Below, piece after piece: positions 58,683 to 64,000 of a stretch of 64,000 bases of DNA. Each line of letters opens with the position of its first letter. Within the stretch, counting starts at the first letter, position 1. Location: assembly GCA_000092065.1 (NCBI GenBank), contig CP000584.1; one strand, written 5' to 3'. The notes beneath the pieces are model-generated. The model ran no database searches, had not been told where the DNA came from, and saw nothing but the letters and a program-made list of their open reading frames with translations. This DNA comes from Ostreococcus lucimarinus. Taxonomy: Eukaryota. Both the position numbers and the translations under genes were made by a program.

Positions 58683-61391
58683 ATGTCCGACGCCGAGCCC
58701 TCGGCTCGGTCCGGACCGAGCGATGTCCGTCACGCGCGCAACCGCAGCCTCAGCGCGCCCCTGCGCATCGACATAACCGACGCCGCGATCGACCCACCGG
58801 GACAAAGCAACCGACCGGACGCGAGAAACGCCGCCGACGCGCCCGGTTCGCGCTCTCCCCTGCGCCACGCGTCGTCGTCGAGCAAGCCCGAAGCGCCCGC
58901 GATCGCGCTGCCGCGGCAGCGCGACGCCGTGCGACACTTCGCGATGGATCTCGGTGGGTCCCTGGTGAAGCTCGTGTACTTTAGCCCGAGCGGGACGGAC
59001 GCGAGCGGACGCGCGGTGGCGGGAGGACGATTGCACTTTCGAAAGTTTCCCTCGGCGCATTTGAACGATTGCATGGACTTTATAGAGTTCAAAAAATTGC
59101 ACGTGGGAGGGTCGGGCACGACGGAGGGCGACGGCGAGGATGGCGGCGTGACGGTGAAGGCGACGGGGGGCGGCGCGTACAAGTTTTCAAAGACGTTTCA
59201 GGATCGGTTGGGGATCACGCTGCAGAAGGAGGATGAGATGGCGTGCGCGGTGGCGGGGGCGAATTTTTTGTTGGAGACGATTCGCGACGAGGCGTTTACG
59301 TATACTGATGATGAGAAGGCATTTATATCAAAAGACGCGTTGACGCGTGAATCGTTGTTTCCGTACCTGTTGGTGAACATCGGGAGCGGGGTGAGCATCA
59401 TCAAGGTTGATAAGGATGGGCACGAGCGCGTGAGTGGTAGTAATATAGGTGGGGGGACGTTTTGGGGATTGTGCCGGTTGTTGACCGGGCTCAAGGATTA
59501 CGATGAAATGTTAAAGTTGAGCGCGCAGGCGGACAATGCGAAGGTGGACATGCTCGTCGGGGATATTTATGGCGGCCGCGACTACCCCAACATCGGTCTG
59601 TCTAGCGAGACTATCGCGAGTTCTTTCGGGCGAGTCGTCATGGACGAAGGAAGCTTGGAAGATTACTCGAAAGCCGACATAACGCTTTCTCTGTTGCGTA
59701 TGATCTCGTACAACATCGCGCACATTTCAACCATGAACGCCGTCAAATACGGGCTCAAGCGCATCTTTTTTGGAGGTTACTTCATCCGAAACCACGCATA
59801 CACGATGAACACAATTTCGTTCGCCGTCGATTTCTGGTCTAAAGGATCATTGAAAGCGAGTTTCCTGCGTCACGAGGGCTTCCTCGGCGCCCTAGGGGCA
59901 TTTCTGCAAGACGTCGAGGCGCAGAAAAATCTTAGCAATGCCGCGCAGCAAGGGACGTGGATCGAGAAGTTTATCAAGTGTTCGGTGCCGCCTACAGGCA
60001 TGGATCGCAAACGATCGGCCAGAACGTCGCACTCATCAAAAGGTAGTCTGACGACGCCAGCGACGCCGCCCAGGGCACGCCGCGACAGTGAAGAAGAAAC
60101 GATTGGCGAAGCGATGCGAAAAGTAAGCTTCGACGGTGCCTTGAGGACGTACTCAAACGACAACTTGGCCAATGTCCGCGTGCCGCGCGTCGCTGGAGAT
60201 GTCGCGTCATCGGAAGAGCACTCCTCAGGAGAAGAAACGCCGTCGGATCGGAACGATCCCACGCAGTTGCTCAACTCTGCAGGCTTACAAGTTGGTGTTT
60301 TGCACCTCGAGCCGACGTTGGAAACTTTTCCATTGCTTCGCGAAGGGCGCGATTACGACCCAAACATCTTTGACATGCTCACCAATACCACTGAACGAGA
60401 TTACTGGTTGGACACGCTGGAACGCTTGCAATCTGGGCTCGTGGAGCGCGCGCTAGTGAGCGAACCATCGAGCTCTGACGCAAAAGAACGCGCAGAAAAT
60501 TTTGACAACGTGTTTAAATCGCACTTGTCGCGACTTCGCGAAGAGCCGGCGGCGTACGGACGCATCGGTCTCGCGGATTTGTTCGAGATGCGCGAAGAGT
60601 GTTTGAGATTCTTTCGCTTTAACGACGTGTACGAAGACGTAAAAAAGCAAGAGAATGAGTCCGCGCTCTTGGTTCTTCCCGACTTGCTCGCTGAAATTGA
60701 TAGCTTGAACGACGACGAACGGCTGTTAGCCATCGTCGAGGGCGTTTTGGCGGGTAACATTTTCGATTGGGGATCCCAAGGCACGCTCGATTTGTATCGC
60801 AACGGTACGATTTTAGAAATCTATCGCAACGCGAGAAGCACGGTGAACAGGCCGTGGGCCATCGATGACTACGACGCTCTGCGCGATCGATTGAACGCTC
60901 CGAATGCGAAGCAGTACCGCAAAGCGTTGCTCTTTTGCGATAATTCCGGCGCCGACATCATCTTGGGCATGCTTCCGTTCGCTCGCGAGCTTTTGAAGCG
61001 AGGCACGTCCGTCGTTCTCGTCGCCAACTCCCTCCCCGCCATCAACGACATCACCGCGACCGAGCTTACGGGGATATTACAAGCCACCAAGTCTCTCGAC
61101 TCGCAGCTCGAAATCGCCATCGATTCCGGCGCGCTCTCCGTCGTGAGCTCGGGCTCTGGTTCGCCCTGCTTGGACTTCCGCCGTCTCTCCAACGAAGCGT
61201 GCGTCGCCGCTCGAGACGCCGATCTCATCGTCCTCGAAGGCATGGGACGCGCCATTCACACCAACTATCGCGCCCAATTTTCGTGCGACACCATCAAGCT
61301 CGCCATGATTAAAAACCAGCGTCTCGCCGAGAAGCTCTTCGGTCCGCGCGGCGAGATCTGGGACTGCGTCGTTCGCTTCGAAGCCGCGTAG
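58683..61391 (+). CDS. PANK4: Pantothenate kinase 4-like bifunctional protein (type II PanK/fumble domain plus C-terminal DUF89/ARMT1-like phosphatase domain)
   Basis: The PanK region (FAMDLGGSLVKLVYF, VKATGGGAYKF, NIGSGVSIIKV) is followed by the DUF89 region (NIFDWGSQ..., LLFCDNSGADIILGMLPFARELL, IVLEGMGRAIHTNY). Confidence 0.88.
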   Translation: MSDAEPSARSGPSDVRHARNRSLSAPLRIDITDAAIDPPGQSNRPDARNAADAPGSRSPLRHASSSSKPEAPAIALPRQRDAVRHFAMDLGGSLVKLVYFSPSGTDASGRAVAGGRLHFRKFPSAHLNDCMDFIEFKKLHVGGSGTTEGDGEDGGVTVKATGGGAYKFSKTFQDRLGITLQKEDEMACAVAGANFLLETIRDEAFTYTDDEKAFISKDALTRESLFPYLLVNIGSGVSIIKVDKDGHERVSGSNIGGGTFWGLCRLLTGLKDYDEMLKLSAQADNAKVDMLVGDIYGGRDYPNIGLSSETIASSFGRVVMDEGSLEDYSKADITLSLLRMISYNIAHISTMNAVKYGLKRIFFGGYFIRNHAYTMNTISFAVDFWSKGSLKASFLRHEGFLGALGAFLQDVEAQKNLSNAAQQGTWIEKFIKCSVPPTGMDRKRSARTSHSSKGSLTTPATPPRARRDSEEETIGEAMRKVSFDGALRTYSNDNLANVRVPRVAGDVASSEEHSSGEETPSDRNDPTQLLNSAGLQVGVLHLEPTLETFPLLREGRDYDPNIFDMLTNTTERDYWLDTLERLQSGLVERALVSEPSSSDAKERAENFDNVFKSHLSRLREEPAAYGRIGLADLFEMREECLRFFRFNDVYEDVKKQENESALLVLPDLLAEIDSLNDDERLLAIVEGVLAGNIFDWGSQGTLDLYRNGTILEIYRNARSTVNRPWAIDDYDALRDRLNAPNAKQYRKALLFCDNSGADIILGMLPFARELLKRGTSVVLVANSLPAINDITATELTGILQATKSLDSQLEIAIDSGALSVVSSGSGSPCLDFRRLSNEACVAARDADLIVLEGMGRAIHTNYRAQFSCDTIKLAMIKNQRLAEKLFGPRGEIWDCVVRFEAA

Positions 61392-61551
61392 CGTTGTCAT
61401 TTATTCGCGCATTCGTCGCGTTCATGCCGGCGACCGACCACCCGTCCGTGTTTATCCTCGATACTCGTCAACACCCGCAGCGCGCGACGCGCCGGTCGCC
61501 GCACACGACCGCGCGTCGCGCGCGCCTCGAGCGAGGCGCCGCGAACGTCCG

Positions 61552-64000
61552 ATGGCCGCGTCGAGCGAGCGCATCGCGCTCCTCGGCGCGCGCGCGCGCG
61601 AATCGGCGTCGACGAGCGACGATTCAACGCGAGATCGACCGTCAACACTAAAGGTGTCTCGATGGCGAAAAATCGCCCTCGGCGCGCTCGCGTGCGGCGC
61701 GCTCGTCGCGGTCGCGACGCGCGCGCGCGGACGCGGACTCGATGCGCCCGGTCTCGGTCGCGGATGGCTGTCGACGCGCGACGGCGCGATGGACGACGAC
61801 GCGGGAACGACGGGCGGGGCGGGACGCGCGTTCGAAGACGCCGCCGACGGGGGGTTGATCGACTCGCAATACGAGGACGCGGACGTCCCGCGCGATGCGA
61901 GGTACGGTGATATGGGCGTGATCGAGCGCGAGGCCGCGCGGAGGACGCGACGGGGGCGTCGCGGGCGAGGTCGAGGAGGAGAAGCCGAGGGCGCGCTGGG
62001 ACACACGTACATTCGCGTGTACGAAGACGGAAACGACGCGCGCGGGGGAGGCGCGTCGACGCGGAACGGCGGCGCGCAGAGATATAGGACGGTTACGGTA
62101 CCGATACCCACGCGAGTGCGAGTGCCGATGGAACCGGCGAGCGTTGGACCGGCGCCGCGAGCGCAGAGACGAGGACACTCGCCGCTGCCGCCCATCGAAA
62201 CCACGGGTGGTGACTTGTTCGGACTTGGAACCGGCTACTCGTATTACATCGATCCCGCCGATTGGGCGTATCCACCAACGGTAGTCGTAGAGTTGCCCGA
62301 GGGCGTCGAGTTCGCGGACGCCGAGTTGTTCGCGCGCGGCGCGAGCGAGCATCCGCCGAACGAAGCCGGGCTCGTCATGCGAGTGAACGGACAGCGAACG
62401 AGCCCGAATACCTTGGTGAAAAATTTAGATGTGCTCGAAATTGACGCACAAGCTCACAACGTTCTGAACGATGTACGCACGGTGGTATTGCGATACACGT
62501 GGCGCGATCCCGGCGCGGGCGGCGCGCGCAAGCAACGACGGGGTTTGATTAGACTGAACACCAACGGAGATGCGAGGACGGGTGAGACGCAGCCGCATAG
62601 ATGGCCAATCGTCGAGCATCCGGACACTCCATCGGTGCCAGCGCCGAATGTGCCAGCGCCGACGCCAGGGACATATGTGCCAGCGCCGAATGTGCCAGCG
62701 CCGACGCCAGGGACATATGTGCCAGCGCCGGATGTGCCAGCGCCGGATGTGCCAGCGCCGGATGTGCCAGTTCCGGCGCAAGCACCGAATGTACCAGCAC
62801 CGAATGTGCCAGCGCCGACGCCGGCTTATTTTGCTCCGCCTATTGCGTGGCCACCACCACCTGCTCCGGCGATCGTGAGCATTGAGGAGGAAGATATTTT
62901 AGCCGCGAACGAATTGGTTATTCCTGTTCCACCCAATATGTTGATCGGTATACCCACTGATGGACATTTCACGGTGAGTGGCTTGCCGGACTTCGATTCC
63001 GACAACACGCCGCACCGACAAATGATCATGTTTAGCTTCGGTTGGACAGGGAATAACGGCGCCGAGGCTGAGCTCGGGGCTAGCGACAGCCAATTCGTAG
63101 ACCCGCCAGTTATGGACACGTCATCGACGCCGCCGGATTGGATTAGTATTCGAGTGAACGGCCAGTTACATGCGCTGCCGTACGCCGCTCAAAATGGTGA
63201 TCGCATCGTGCTGCGTGTTCGTGCGCCCAGTGAGCCAAACTCGAGTAGAATGGCACAGATGCTCATCGGAGATTTGCATCCGAAAGTTGTTCTCACTACG
63301 TTGGACATTGCCGCGCCGCCATCTCTCGAGGAGACTATGGACGCGATGGAACCGCCGGCGCCACCCATGGTGTCACCACCGCCGCCGCGAGAGTTTACAT
63401 CGCCGCCGCCGCCGCGTGTTCTCACCGCCGCGCCGCCGTCGCCTCCGATGCCACCATCACCGATTAGTGTAGTTGCTGACGACGATGCTTCGTACTACGA
63501 CACGGGCACGCCGAGTTCCACACCGGCACCAGCGGCCGATGACGCGTCATACTACGACACGGGCGCGCCAACGCCGACGGATGACGACGCGTCGTATTAC
63601 GACACTAGTACGCCGAGTGCGACGCCAACGCCAACGCCAACGCCAACGCCGACGGATGACGACGCGTCGTACTACGACACTAGTACGCCGACGACGCCAA
63701 CGCCAACGCCAGCACCGACGGATGACGACGCGTCGTATTACGATACTAGTACGCCGACGACGCCAACGCCAACGCCAGCACCGACGGATGACGACGCGTC
63801 GTATTACGATACTAGTACGCCGACGACGCCAACGCCAACGCCAGCACCGACGGATGACGACGCGTCGACGGACGACACGGCTTCGTCAAGTCCGACACCA
63901 GCGCCGACGGACGACACGGCTTCGCCGAGTCTGACGCCGGCGCCGACGGACGACACGGCTTCGTCAAGTCCGACGCCGGCGCCGACGGACGACACGGCTT
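61552..64000 (+). CDS. Signal-anchored, mucin-like Pro/Thr-rich repeat protein (partial, continues beyond the window end)
   Basis: The frame is open from 61552 to the window end and is not in the ORF track because it has no stop. The putative start MAASSERIALLGAR is followed by a hydrophobic segment (KIALGALACGALVAVA). Later come VPAPNVPAPTPGTY and VPAPD repeats, PPPP stretches, then at least 6 near-identical copies of DDDASYYDTSTPTTPTPTPAPT. The start codon assignment is tentative. Confidence 0.6.
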   Translation, partial: MAASSERIALLGARARESASTSDDSTRDRPSTLKVSRWRKIALGALACGALVAVATRARGRGLDAPGLGRGWLSTRDGAMDDDAGTTGGAGRAFEDAADGGLIDSQYEDADVPRDARYGDMGVIEREAARRTRRGRRGRGRGGEAEGALGHTYIRVYEDGNDARGGGASTRNGGAQRYRTVTVPIPTRVRVPMEPASVGPAPRAQRRGHSPLPPIETTGGDLFGLGTGYSYYIDPADWAYPPTVVVELPEGVEFADAELFARGASEHPPNEAGLVMRVNGQRTSPNTLVKNLDVLEIDAQAHNVLNDVRTVVLRYTWRDPGAGGARKQRRGLIRLNTNGDARTGETQPHRWPIVEHPDTPSVPAPNVPAPTPGTYVPAPNVPAPTPGTYVPAPDVPAPDVPAPDVPVPAQAPNVPAPNVPAPTPAYFAPPIAWPPPPAPAIVSIEEEDILAANELVIPVPPNMLIGIPTDGHFTVSGLPDFDSDNTPHRQMIMFSFGWTGNNGAEAELGASDSQFVDPPVMDTSSTPPDWISIRVNGQLHALPYAAQNGDRIVLRVRAPSEPNSSRMAQMLIGDLHPKVVLTTLDIAAPPSLEETMDAMEPPAPPMVSPPPPREFTSPPPPRVLTAAPPSPPMPPSPISVVADDDASYYDTGTPSSTPAPAADDASYYDTGAPTPTDDDASYYDTSTPSATPTPTPTPTPTDDDASYYDTSTPTTPTPTPAPTDDDASYYDTSTPTTPTPTPAPTDDDASYYDTSTPTTPTPTPAPTDDDASTDDTASSSPTPAPTDDTASPSLTPAPTDDTASSSPTPAPTDDTA
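62636..62830. repeat. Coding tandem repeats (42-nt unit twice, then 15-nt gtgccagcgccggat three times, with variants)
   Basis: Direct repeats within the Pro-rich gene, encoding VPAPNVPAPTPGTY and VPAPD. Confidence 0.8.
63478..64000. repeat. Coding tandem array of a 66-nt unit (at least 6 copies, nearly identical at DNA level), truncated by the window end
   Basis: gatgacgacgcgtcgtattacgatactagtacgccgacgacgccaacgccaacgccagcaccgacg repeated head-to-tail, encoding DDDASYYDTSTPTTPTPTPAPT. Later units degenerate to TDDTASSSPTPAP. Confidence 0.85.

Noticed and set aside
62425-62781. Minus-strand ORF encoding the RRWHIRRWHI repeats
   Set aside because: It is the antisense reading of the VPAPNVPAPTPGTY coding repeats of the Pro-rich gene.
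62636-64000. Possible CRISPR-like repeat-spacer array
   Set aside because: The repeats are head-to-tail coding units of 15, 42 and 66 nt without unique spacers, inside an open reading frame of a eukaryotic gene. The context is not prokaryotic.

Overview
This window is a GC-rich (about 65% GC), very gene-dense nuclear eukaryotic segment. It has strong GC3 codon bias and no prokaryotic operon structure, CRISPR array, rRNA gene or obvious transposon. I can support about 30 protein-coding genes, mostly single-exon, separated by 20 to 600 bp. They are a Cullin-4-like protein; a RecQ helicase; a CDCA7-like zf-4CXXC_R1 plus chromodomain protein; an MCTP-like triple-C2 transmembrane protein; the PP2A B55 subunit; an RHD3/Sey1 atlastin-like GTPase; a SAM-dependent methyltransferase; SMC2; a PPR protein; two diverged paralogous large cysteine-rich secreted or anchored proteins; a tail-anchored coiled-coil protein; SmB; an ABCG half-transporter; a TPR protein; VPS26; a prolyl 4-hydroxylase; a DUF819 membrane protein; a polo-like kinase; an MDR oxidoreductase; a FANCJ/RTEL-like Fe-S helicase; a SpoU-type methyltransferase; Ecdysoneless; an HA-domain repeat protein; VPS45; PANK4; and a mucin-like Pro/Thr repeat protein truncated at the window end. 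Six short introns (61 to 258 nt) share a donor GTGCGY (GTGGGT or GTACGT in two cases), a CTGAC branch point and an ACGCAG acceptor. They reveal 5' exons that the ORF track misses for SMC2, VPS45, a TPR gene, the methyltransferase and probably the CDCA7-like gene. The highest-interest observations are: (1) a roughly 270-bp near-identical inverted repeat forming the promoter and 5'UTR of two convergent, diverged paralogs; (2) inside one paralog, a roughly 300-bp coding segment whose codon periodicity and paralog homology lie on the opposite strand, suggesting an intragenic inversion; (3) a FANCJ-like helicase carrying a C-terminal Pol-beta-like 8-kDa HhH domain; (4) a perfect palindromic E2F site upstream of the CDCA7-like gene and tandem CHR-like TTTGAA elements upstream of the polo-like kinase; (5) a CDCA7 zinc-finger and chromodomain fusion. 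A green-algal, prasinophyte-like origin is possible, based on TGTAA motifs in 3' flanks, a DUF819 protein with a transit peptide, and compact intron-poor genes, but I cannot establish it. GC3 bias creates many long antisense and out-of-frame ORFs in the six-frame track, and I reject these.
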